DNA from: Acidimicrobiales bacterium | GTDB lineage: Bacteria > Actinomycetota > Acidimicrobiia > Acidimicrobiales > DATDAH01 | Reading direction: 5' to 3' | DNA length: 64,000 bases | Assembly (NCBI GenBank): GCA_044221555.1 | Contig: JBGAOY010000002.1 | Span: forward strand, 70,376-134,375 | Part shown: in pieces, positions 19,178 through 27,316 of the stretch | Layout of the letters: every line of letters starts with the position of its first letter | Numbering within the stretch: position 1 is the stretch's first letter | Notes under the pieces: generated by a model | Told to the model about the DNA's origin: nothing | What the model saw: the letters and a program-made list of their open reading frames with translations, nothing else | The model's database searches: none | Position numbers and translations under genes: made by a program

Positions 19178-19885
19178 ATGGCCACCGCCAACCCCTACCC
19201 GGCATCGGTCGCCACACTCGATGCCGACACCCGGGCCGCGTTCATGGTGCGGGTCTACCAGCACCTGCTGGCCGCGGTCGTCGCCTTCGTGGCGTTCGAG
19301 ACGCTGCTGTTCGCCACCGGCGCGGCTCGGGGCATCTACGACCTCGTGGCCGGCAGCGGCGGTGCGTGGCTGCTGGTCCTGGGCGGTTTCATGGTGGTGA
19401 ACTGGCTGTCCACCGCCGCCGCGCACGACCTGGCCAACCCGGGCCGGCAGTACGCCGGGCTGTTCGGCCTGGCCGGCGCCGAGGCGCTCATCTTCGCCCC
19501 CTTCCTGTACTACGTGTTCAACGTGGACGGTGCGGGCGGCTCGGCCACCGTGGCCAGCGCCGCGGTGGTGACGGTGCTCGGCTTCGCGGGCCTCACGGCC
19601 ATCGGCCTGCTGACCCGACGCGACCTCTCGTTCCTCCGGCCGCTGGTGATGTGGGCGGGGGTGATGGCGCTGGTGGTCATCGTGGCGGCCCTGCTGTTCG
19701 GCCTGGAGCTCGGCGTCTGGTTCACGCTGGCCATGATCGGCCTGGCCGGCGCCGCGATCCTGTACCAGACCCAGGCGATCCTGCGCTCCTACCCCGAGGA
19801 GGCCCACGTCGGCGCCGCGGTCCAGCTGTTCGCCTCCGTGATGCTGCTCTTCTGGTACGTGCTGCGCCTGTTCGCGAGGCGCTGA
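19178..19885 (+). CDS. Bax-inhibitor-1 / YccA-family membrane protein
   Basis: The protein is 235 aa with about 7 hydrophobic helices. The N-terminus 'RAAFMVRVYQHLLAAVVAF' is characteristic, and GAGGAG sits upstream. Confidence 0.85.
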   Translation: MATANPYPASVATLDADTRAAFMVRVYQHLLAAVVAFVAFETLLFATGAARGIYDLVAGSGGAWLLVLGGFMVVNWLSTAAAHDLANPGRQYAGLFGLAGAEALIFAPFLYYVFNVDGAGGSATVASAAVVTVLGFAGLTAIGLLTRRDLSFLRPLVMWAGVMALVVIVAALLFGLELGVWFTLAMIGLAGAAILYQTQAILRSYPEEAHVGAAVQLFASVMLLFWYVLRLFARR

Positions 19886-19914
19886 GCGGGTCATCCGCTG
19901 ATACCCTGGGGGGT

Positions 19915-20088
19915 ATGTGCAGACCAGCAACGTGTTCACAGTGCGGCAAGGCCACCTACGCCGGGTGCGGCCAACACGTCGAGCAGGTGCTCGGCAACGT
20001 CCCGGAGGCGGAGCGGTGTCGCTGTGACGGGCACTCCCCGCTGACCCTCTGGCAGCGCCTCCGCGGCGCCAGGGCCGGCGCCGTGTGA
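19915..20088 (+). CDS. small Cys-rich conserved hypothetical protein (57 aa)
   Basis: The sequence 'MCRPATCSQCGKATYAGCGQHVEQVLGNVPEAERCRCDGH' has 6 Cys and looks like a small actinobacterial zinc-binding protein. It is embedded in a longer spurious track ORF. Confidence 0.5.
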   Translation: MCRPATCSQCGKATYAGCGQHVEQVLGNVPEAERCRCDGHSPLTLWQRLRGARAGAV

Positions 20089-20138
20089 GTTGACGCGGTG
20101 GCAGGCGGCAGGCGGCATGCGGGCCTGGGTGGCGGGCG

Positions 20139-21281
20139 TCAGGCCGGCTGATGGCCCGGGTGGCCCACACCGGCCGAGGTCATCACCGAGATCGTGCGAT
20201 CCCAGGACGGGTCGCCGGGACCCACCGGGACGACCGTGAACGACGTCGGGTCCACGGTCGTCGGGGTCAGGGCGATGTCGAAGCGCCAGCGCGTGGCTCC
20301 GGGGTCGCGGGCCGCCCGGACCCGTACGATCACCCCGTCCCGGGTGTCGGGCTCGGTCATGTTCGACAGGAAGTTGCCGAGGCCGAACACGACCGGCACC
20401 CCGTGGAGCCGCACGATCGGCTGCACCACATGGGCGTGGTGACCCACGATCAGGTCGAACGCCCCGCTGGCCGAGAGCTGTTCGGCCAGGGCCAGTTGCT
20501 CGGCGGTGGGCTCGTGGCGTCGCTCCACACCCCAGTGCAGGCTGGCCACGACCAGGTCGGCCCCCGCTCGGCGGGCAGCCTCACCGGCGGCGATCAAGCC
20601 AGCGGGATCGAGGCCGCGGACGCGCCAGGGGACGTCAGGCGAGAAGCCGTTGAAGCCGTAGGCGCCCGACACCAGGCCGACGGTCACGCCAGTGGGGGTC
20701 TCGAACAGCGTGGACCGTTCGGCCTCGGCGGCGGAGCGGGCGCTGCCCGAGTGCGCCAGGCCGTTCTGGTCGAGCACCGCGAGGGTGCTCACCACGCCTG
20801 CGGCCCGTTGGTCGAGGCTGTGGTTCGACGCGGTCGAGCAGCCGTCGTAGCCCGCCGCCGACACCGCGACGGCCAGCTCGTGCGGGGCGCTGAACACGGG
20901 GTACCCCGAGATCACGGTGTCGTCGGGGGACAGCGGCACCTCGAGGTGGCAGATGGCCAGATCGGCCCGGGCCAGGCGCGGGGCCACCAGTGCGAGCATG
21001 GGGCGGAAGTCGTAGGCCACGCCGGCATCGGCGCCGTCGGACCGGGCCCGTGCGACCACCGCGAGGTGCGGCAGCAGGTCGCCCGTGAAGGCCAGGGTCA
21101 CCCGCTGGCCCGGCTCCGCGACGGTGGAGGTGGTGGTGGGTGTGGAGGTGGTCGTGGTGGCGACCGCCGAGGTGGCTCCGGGTGGTACGTCCGGGCCCGG
21201 ACCGGATGAGCCGCAGGCGACCGCCACGACCATCACCAACGCGACCCCGCCGGACCGCCAACGGCGAGTCATCGGCGCCAC
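20139..21281 (-). CDS. CapA-family (PGA_cap) metallophosphatase-like lipoprotein
   Basis: It has a lipobox-like 'VVAVACGSS'. 'LAFTGDLLPH', 'CHLEVPLS' and 'GHHAHVVQP' are typical of the CapA family. Confidence 0.8.
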   Translation of the reverse strand: MAPMTRRWRSGGVALVMVVAVACGSSGPGPDVPPGATSAVATTTTSTPTTTSTVAEPGQRVTLAFTGDLLPHLAVVARARSDGADAGVAYDFRPMLALVAPRLARADLAICHLEVPLSPDDTVISGYPVFSAPHELAVAVSAAGYDGCSTASNHSLDQRAAGVVSTLAVLDQNGLAHSGSARSAAEAERSTLFETPTGVTVGLVSGAYGFNGFSPDVPWRVRGLDPAGLIAAGEAARRAGADLVVASLHWGVERRHEPTAEQLALAEQLSASGAFDLIVGHHAHVVQPIVRLHGVPVVFGLGNFLSNMTEPDTRDGVIVRVRAARDPGATRWRFDIALTPTTVDPTSFTVVPVGPGDPSWDRTISVMTSAGVGHPGHQPA

Positions 21282-21605
21282 CTCCTGGACGGACAGATGC
21301 TGTCAGGTCCTCTGTCCCAGTATGAGCGGGGTGGGTCGCCGAGTCAGGTGCCGAAGGTCCCGATCCGGTGGTGGGTGGCGCCGATCGTCTCGGTGTCACG
21401 ATCGCGCCGGTCCCATCCACGGGCAAGGGTCTCGTGACGCGAGGGGAAGGGTCGACGGGCCATCCATTCCGTGCCCGACGTTGGCGCACATTCGGGAGGC
21501 GCGATCCTGCGGGCGTGTGGTCCGCTGTGCAGGGGCGGCCCGTGCACACCGCCCCGTCGACGTATCCGTCCACTCGCCGAGGAGCGATGGCCGTGCGCCA
21601 GCACC

Positions 21606-21673
21606 ATGTCCCGACGAGCACGATGTCCGAACGAGCATGATGTCCGAACGAGCACGATGTCCCGAACGAGGAG
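21606..21673 (+). repeat. four tandem 17-bp units ATGTCC(C)GA(A)CGAGCAYG in the 5' leader of the FG-GAP gene
   Basis: Units start at 21606, 21623, 21640 and 21657. Each begins with ATG. The last unit diverges into the GAGGAG Shine-Dalgarno. Confidence 0.9.
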
Positions 21674-21680
21674 CAGCCCC

Positions 21681-23507
21681 GTGACCCATCTGAGCCGTTG
21701 TGCCCGACTGTTGGTGCTGACCGCGCTGACGGCCGCGGCCGTCCTCGTGCCGGTGTCGGTGGCAGGGGCGGCCGATGGCACCGGTGCACCGCAGGAGGTC
21801 ACCGGAACCCTCGAGGGGGCCAAGACCGACAACTACAAGGCCGTCTACGACGCCGACCCGAACGTCGTGAACCTGCAGTCCTGGTTGACCTTCCACGCGG
21901 TGAGCGTCGCCGGCGTCACCTACACGCTGGCCTCGAGCGTGGTGTGCCCCGCCGACGGCAGCGGACCGCTCGGCGCCACGGGCATCGCCCTCACCGGCAG
22001 CAACGGTGCGTCGGCCGTGCTCACGGCCACCACCCCCTCGTCGAGCACGAGCTTCACGGTCCTGCGGTGCGAGCAGGGCTCCCGCAACTTCGGTCCGTTG
22101 ATCCGCCTGAAGGACCTCGCGACGCGGGCGGCGCTGCCGGCCAACCCGATCCCGTACACCCTGACCGTCAAGACCACGACGGGCACGGTGCTCGGCACCG
22201 TCGCCGCCGACTACCGGAGCGACACCCGGCTGGTCGACAACCCGAGGCCCGCCGGCTGGTACTCGGACTGGAGCACCTGCAACACCCAGTGCCGCATCAG
22301 CTACCAGTCGTTCTGCGAGACCAACCGCTACTGCATGGAGTACAACGGCCCCAACGGGCGCTGGTTCATCAACGGCGCGTCGATCCCGTTCAACTGGGGT
22401 GACTTCCCCGACGGCCCCTCCGACACGCCGCCGACGCTCAACGGGATCTTCGTCGAGAACGGAGCGGCCGGTCACCGGGTGCGGATCGCCATCGTGGCCA
22501 CCGACGACCACGGGGTGACCGAGGCCCGCTACGCCAACGAGGACGGCAACTTCTCGCCGTGGCAGGCAGTGGCCTCGGGCAACCCGTCGATCAACCTGTG
22601 GACCCTGACGACGAGTGCGATCGCCATCAAGTCGGTGTCGGTCCAGGTGCGTGACAGCCTCCACCAGGAGTCGACGATCGTGTCCAGCGGCGCCTTCCGG
22701 CTCACGCCGGCGCACGACCTCTCGCGCGGCCCCAACTGGTACAACGACCTGCTCGTGCGCCGTACGAGCGACGGGGCCATGATCCTCTACAAGGGCACCT
22801 CCACGGGGTCGGTGTCGGGCAGCCCCGCAACCAGCGTGGTCGCCACCGGCTGGTCGATCTACGACAAGGTGGTGGTCACCCGAGACCTGGACGGAGACGG
22901 CCTCACCGAGGTGCTGGCGCGGGTGAAGAGCGGCCAGGCGAACGCCGGCCAGTTGCGGCGCTTCGAGTACGACGAGACCAACGGGGTGTTGACCCAGGTC
23001 GGGACTGTCGCGCTGTCGGGCGGCTGGGGATCGTTCACCCAGATCCTGGCCCCTGGCGATTTCGACACCGACGGGCGCTCGGACCTGCTGGTGGTCAAGA
23101 GCAACGGGACCATGTCGCTGTTGAAGGGCAACGGCGCCGGCGGCTTCGCCGCGCCGCAGCCGATCTCCAGCACCGCCGACTTCAACGCCTACTACATCAT
23201 CGCCCCGGGCGACTTCAGCGGCGACGGCCGACCCGACCTGGTGCTGCGCACCGCCGCCGGCGGGCTGATCTGTCTCCGGGGCAACGGCCTCGGAAGCTTC
23301 GGCTCGACCACGTCGTGGGGCTCCGGGTGGGGCTCGTTGGCCATCGTCGGCACGGGGGACATGAACCAGGACGGCAACGCCGACATCACCGCTCGCAAGC
23401 CCGACGGCACCCTGTGGGTCTACAAGGGCAACGGCGCGGGGATCACCAGCGGCAGCTACCAGGTCGGCACCTCGACCACATGGGGTGTCTTCGACCGGCT
23501 GGCGTGA
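21681..23507 (+). CDS. secreted FG-GAP/VCBS-repeat protein
   Basis: I prefer the GTG at 21681, with GAGGAG 8 nt upstream. In-frame ATGs at 21657 and 21606 are also possible. The signal peptide is 'LLVLTALTAAAVLVPVSVAGA'. C-terminal repeats include 'DLDGDGLTEVLAR', 'GDFDTDGRSDLLVV', 'GDFSGDGRPDLVLR' and 'GDMNQDGNADITAR'. Confidence 0.8.
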   Translation: MTHLSRCARLLVLTALTAAAVLVPVSVAGAADGTGAPQEVTGTLEGAKTDNYKAVYDADPNVVNLQSWLTFHAVSVAGVTYTLASSVVCPADGSGPLGATGIALTGSNGASAVLTATTPSSSTSFTVLRCEQGSRNFGPLIRLKDLATRAALPANPIPYTLTVKTTTGTVLGTVAADYRSDTRLVDNPRPAGWYSDWSTCNTQCRISYQSFCETNRYCMEYNGPNGRWFINGASIPFNWGDFPDGPSDTPPTLNGIFVENGAAGHRVRIAIVATDDHGVTEARYANEDGNFSPWQAVASGNPSINLWTLTTSAIAIKSVSVQVRDSLHQESTIVSSGAFRLTPAHDLSRGPNWYNDLLVRRTSDGAMILYKGTSTGSVSGSPATSVVATGWSIYDKVVVTRDLDGDGLTEVLARVKSGQANAGQLRRFEYDETNGVLTQVGTVALSGGWGSFTQILAPGDFDTDGRSDLLVVKSNGTMSLLKGNGAGGFAAPQPISSTADFNAYYIIAPGDFSGDGRPDLVLRTAAGGLICLRGNGLGSFGSTTSWGSGWGSLAIVGTGDMNQDGNADITARKPDGTLWVYKGNGAGITSGSYQVGTSTTWGVFDRLA

Positions 23508-23635
23508 GCGAGCGGTCGTGGCGGCGGCGAGTGATCAGGGTCGGTGGCGGCGGTGGGAGCGCTGACCGTCACCGACCGCTCGGGACGGCTCGTCGCGGGC
23601 GCCCGGACGGTGCGCTACGGTTCTGCCACTGGGCG

Positions 23636-24907
23636 ATGAAGGGTGGGGCGATGAAGGGTTCGGCACTGAAGGTTCTGAGCGTCGCGTGTGTGGTCGCGGC
23701 GATCGCGTTCGCGCCGGCCGTGGCGGGGGCGCAGGTGGCCGAGCCACCGGCCTCGATCCCGCCGACGACGGCCCCGACCCCGTCGGACCTGCCGACGACC
23801 GACCCGGCGCCCGTCGCCGAGGACCCGGCGGCCGCCTCACCGTCGACGACACTGCCGCCGGCGAACGCCACCGACCCTGGCGAGGGTGACGTGGCGGCGA
23901 CGCCGCCGTCCGAGGTGGCGCCCGCCAACGATGCGTTCGCTGATGCCGAGGTGGTGTCGGGCTCGACGGGCTCGGTGGCCGGTTCGACGATCGACGCGAC
24001 CAACGAGACCGGCGAGCCCGATCACAGCGGGTTCGACATCGAGCCCGGCGGGTCGGTCTGGTACTCGTGGACGGCGCCGGCCACCGAGTCGATCGCCTTC
24101 GACACGTGTGACAGCACCTTCGACAGCCTGCTCGGGGTGTACACTGGCACCGCGGTCGACGCCCTCTCCACCGTCGTGCAGGACGACGACGGCTGTGGCA
24201 ATGCGCTCGGGGGCATCGCCGTCTTCGACGCGACGGCGGGCACCACCTACGCCATCGCGGTCGACGGGTTCGGTGGTGCGCAGGGTGAGTTCACCCTGGC
24301 GTGGGGACCGCCGCCACCGCCGCCCGCAGCACCGGCCAACGACCAGTTCGCCGACGCCCAGGTGATCTCGGGCCTCTCCGGCGAGGTGGACGGCACCAAC
24401 GTCGGTGCCACCAAGGAGGCCGGTGAGCCCGATCATGCCGACGTCCCCGGTGGGGCGTCGGTCTGGTACGCCTGGACCTCTCCCGCCGCTGGTCAGGCGC
24501 TGTTCGACACCTGCACGGCGGACTACGACACGCTCCTGGGCGTCTACACGGGCACCTCGCTCGACGACCTCGAGCTGGTGGCCGGCAACGACGACGACTG
24601 CGCGTCCGGCGACTTCCCGACCCTGCAGAGCTCGGTCACCTTCGCCGCCACCGCGGGCACCACCTACTGGATCGCGGTCGACGGCTTCGGGTTCGAGCCC
24701 CAGATCCCGGTGCAGACCGGCACCTTCACCCTTTCGTGGGACCTCGATGTCGCCCCGCCGCCGCCACCACCGCCGCCGGGTCCCGACGTCCCCGAGTTGG
24801 CCCGCACCGGCACCGACGCGCTGCCGACCACCGTCGTGGGTGTGGTCCTCCTCGGCCTCGGCGCGGCGCTGGTGCTGGTGTCCCGACGGATCCGCGCCGC
24901 TCGCTGA
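23636..24907 (+). CDS. cell-wall-anchored (LAxTG) protein with two tandem ~135-aa PPC-like domains
   Basis: It has the signal peptide 'LKVLSVACVVAAIAFAPAVAGA' and Pro-rich linkers. The duplicated domain reads 'AND(A/Q)FADA..GEPDH...SVWY.WT.P......FDTC....D.LLGVYTG....L......DD.C......V.F.A.AGTTY.IAVDGFG'. The C-terminus has 'LARTG' (24797-24811) followed by a TM segment and 'RRIRAAR'. Confidence 0.8.
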   Translation: MKGGAMKGSALKVLSVACVVAAIAFAPAVAGAQVAEPPASIPPTTAPTPSDLPTTDPAPVAEDPAAASPSTTLPPANATDPGEGDVAATPPSEVAPANDAFADAEVVSGSTGSVAGSTIDATNETGEPDHSGFDIEPGGSVWYSWTAPATESIAFDTCDSTFDSLLGVYTGTAVDALSTVVQDDDGCGNALGGIAVFDATAGTTYAIAVDGFGGAQGEFTLAWGPPPPPPAAPANDQFADAQVISGLSGEVDGTNVGATKEAGEPDHADVPGGASVWYAWTSPAAGQALFDTCTADYDTLLGVYTGTSLDDLELVAGNDDDCASGDFPTLQSSVTFAATAGTTYWIAVDGFGFEPQIPVQTGTFTLSWDLDVAPPPPPPPPGPDVPELARTGTDALPTTVVGVVLLGLGAALVLVSRRIRAAR

Positions 24908-24946
24908 GCCGCCCCGCTCGGGCGCCCGGCGCTTGGCGCTCTGCGC

Positions 24947-25831
24947 TCAGCGTTGCGGTGAGGCCGGCCCCGGCTCGATCGGCAGGCAGGTCGCGCAGAA
25001 CTCCTCGCCGAAGGTGGTGAGGTGGATCGAGCGACGGACGGTCTTCGGGGCCCGCCCGGCGCGCTTCATGGCCGCCACCACCTCGGGCTGCACCTCCACG
25101 ACCTGGTAGCGAGCGGGCTCGACCGGCTCGCGTGAGAACCAGATCAGGCCGAGGCGGAAGAGGTTGTCCAGGTAGGACTTGGTGCGGTCGAGTCGGCGGA
25201 CGCCGGCCTGCAGGCCGATCATCGACAGGCCGTCGGCCACGAGCTCCGAGCCGATGCCGAGCGGCCGGTTGGTGCGCACGTCGACCGACGGCTGCGGGCC
25301 CTCGACGACCAGGAAGCGCAGGATCCGGGCCTCGTCGGGCGTGAGCTCGTCGAGGATGTGCTCGAAGGCGGGGTGGGTGTCGTCGGTGGCGCGCACGTCG
25401 GCCGAGCGGTGCAGCAGCTCGGCACCGCGCGCCCGCAGCTCCTCGGTGGTCGCCCGGCGCTCGTCGGGCCGCCCGGCGCGCTCGCCGGCGGGCTCGTCGG
25501 TGACCCCGATCGTGTGGGCCAGTGCCGACCAGGCCTCGTGGGTGGCGGCACGCACCACGGGCAGCGGGGACTGGCCGTCGGCCACTGCGGCCACGACGGC
25601 CTCGCCGGTGGTGAGCGACTCGGTGGTCATCCAGCGCAGCGTCCGCCACCCCGCGCCCGCGGCGATCCGGGCCAGGCCGGGGAGCGCCTCGTAGAGCGCC
25701 TGCGGGCCGTCGCCGACGGTGCCGGCGCGGTCGGTGGCGCCGGCGCGGTCGGTGTGGTCGGTGTGGTCGGTGTGGTCGGTGTGGTCGGTGTGGTCGGTGT
25801 GGTCGGTGTGGTCGGTGTGGTCGTCGTCCAT
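24947..25831 (-). CDS. Abi-alpha (DUF4393)-like protein with N-terminal (His-Thr-Asp)8 repeat
   Basis: The start is the ATG at 25831, two nt after the upstream stop. 'HPAFEHILDELTPDEARILRFLVVEGPQPSVDVRTNRPLGIGSELVA...RYQVVEVQPEVVAAMKRAGRAPKTVRRSIHLTTFGEEFC' matches my recollection of Abi-alpha family proteins. I have not verified this. Confidence 0.6.
   Translation of the reverse strand: MDDDHTDHTDHTDHTDHTDHTDHTDHTDRAGATDRAGTVGDGPQALYEALPGLARIAAGAGWRTLRWMTTESLTTGEAVVAAVADGQSPLPVVRAATHEAWSALAHTIGVTDEPAGERAGRPDERRATTEELRARGAELLHRSADVRATDDTHPAFEHILDELTPDEARILRFLVVEGPQPSVDVRTNRPLGIGSELVADGLSMIGLQAGVRRLDRTKSYLDNLFRLGLIWFSREPVEPARYQVVEVQPEVVAAMKRAGRAPKTVRRSIHLTTFGEEFCATCLPIEPGPASPQR
25747..25823 (-). 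repeat. 9-bp microsatellite (plus-strand GGTCGGTGT x8) encoding (HTD)8
   Basis: There are eight perfect tandem copies plus a partial ninth, in frame at codons 5-28 of the Abi-alpha-like gene. An adjacent 18-bp duplication encodes 'DRAGATDRAGT'. Confidence 0.95.
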
Positions 25832-25833
25832 GG

Positions 25834-27150
25834 TCAGACCCCGAAGATGGCCAGGTGGAGCAGGCCCGCGCCGAAGCCCAGCACGGCGCCGTGCACGAAC
25901 AGCAACCACTCGTCCTGCTTGATCGCCGAGCGCAGCAGCTCGCTGAACTCGGCCGGGGGCAGGCGCCGCATCTGGGCCGCCACGAACACGCGCACCTTCT
26001 CGGCCTGCTGGCGGTTGAACGCCTCGTCCGAGAAGGCCGACGCGAAGTCGGTGGCCTCGGAGGCCACCGAGTCTCGGATGCGGTCGTAGCGGCGGGTGCC
26101 GATGGCCACTCGCACCGCGCCCTGGGCCGGGCCGAGGGCCTTGTCCACCGCGGGGCGGAGGGTGTCGGTGAGCATCTGGTACGTGCGGTCGCTCCGGGGG
26201 CCGTGCAGGAGCTCGTCGCCCACGTTCTCCAGGTTGATCACGTCGTCGGCGATCATGCGGGCGAACACGTCGCTCACCTCGGGCTGGCGCTTCATGAACA
26301 GGCCCTGCACGGTGATCGGCCCCACCTTCCGTGGCTCGACCGGCTCGAAGATCATGGTGATGCCCAGGTAGTTCACCACGTAGCCGATCACCACGCCCCC
26401 GACCGGCAGCACCCACCAGTAGGGGAAGGCGTCGACGATGAACACCAGGAGCACCCCCATCGGGACCCCGAGGTAGAAGCCGAAGTTCGCCATGAAGCGC
26501 AGCTCGCGCCGGCCCACCTCGCGCAACATGTCGTTCATCTTCTCGGGGTGGGCCTGGAAGTAGCGGATCACCATCAGCTTGGCGTCGATGAGCTGGTCGA
26601 TGTGCTCGCCGACCTGGTCGGTGATCTGGCGGACGATGGCGGGCAGCTCCTTGCGCACCCGCGCGTGGAGCGCCTCCTTCACCCCCGGCGGCAGGTCGTT
26701 CCACAGCTGCGGGTGCTCACGCTGCATGATCTGGTCGACCACGTCGTCGATCTCCGCCTGGGCGGTCGCCACCAGGTGGTCCGCCACCTTGTCGGGCTCC
26801 AGCTGGTGGTAGAAGTCGCTGATGCTGCCCACCTTGGCCAGTGCCTTGTCCACCGAGATGCTGGCCATCTTGTCGACCCGGGACGGCACGATGCCCTGCC
26901 ACCCCAGCCGGCCGTCGTCCGAGATCGCGGGGATCACCTGCACCCGTCGCGGCAACAGCGGGTAGAGCAGCTTCAGGCCCGGGACCCGAACCCCGTGGAA
27001 GCGCAAGGGGTCGAACAGCATCACCACGCCCGACCAGTTGGTGATGTAGCCGATGATCCCCGTGAACAGGGGGATCGAGATCAGGTCGACCAGGAAGTCG
27101 TGATCGCCGAGGTCGACGGCTGCCACGCCCACCGCCACCAACTGGATCAC
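25834..27150 (-). CDS. DUF445-family membrane protein
   Basis: The start is the GTG at 27150. 'FTGIIGYITNWSGVVMLFDPLRF' and C-terminal 'WLLFVHGAVLGFGAGLLHLA' are typical of DUF445. The upstream part of the track ORF overlaps the divergent GH38 region and I reject it. Confidence 0.75.
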   Translation of the reverse strand: MIQLVAVGVAAVDLGDHDFLVDLISIPLFTGIIGYITNWSGVVMLFDPLRFHGVRVPGLKLLYPLLPRRVQVIPAISDDGRLGWQGIVPSRVDKMASISVDKALAKVGSISDFYHQLEPDKVADHLVATAQAEIDDVVDQIMQREHPQLWNDLPPGVKEALHARVRKELPAIVRQITDQVGEHIDQLIDAKLMVIRYFQAHPEKMNDMLREVGRRELRFMANFGFYLGVPMGVLLVFIVDAFPYWWVLPVGGVVIGYVVNYLGITMIFEPVEPRKVGPITVQGLFMKRQPEVSDVFARMIADDVINLENVGDELLHGPRSDRTYQMLTDTLRPAVDKALGPAQGAVRVAIGTRRYDRIRDSVASEATDFASAFSDEAFNRQQAEKVRVFVAAQMRRLPPAEFSELLRSAIKQDEWLLFVHGAVLGFGAGLLHLAIFGV

Positions 27151-27316
27151 CGTGCGTTGCCCCTTCGTCGTCGCCGCCCGACCGCGGCAGATCCTACGGG
27201 GCGGGGGGTGGTGGTGTGGAGGACGAGGGTGCGCCGGGGAACGGCCACCGCGCGCGCCGTCGGGACGGGACGTTCGACCCTGGGCGCCGGCGCCGTGGAC
27301 CTGCTGTGCTGGGGCC

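Noticed and set aside
24947-26704. The 585-aa ORF taken as one gene
   Set aside because: Its N-terminal ~290 aa are an off-frame read of the DUF445 gene. The real gene starts at the ATG at 25831, 2 nt after the DUF445 stop.
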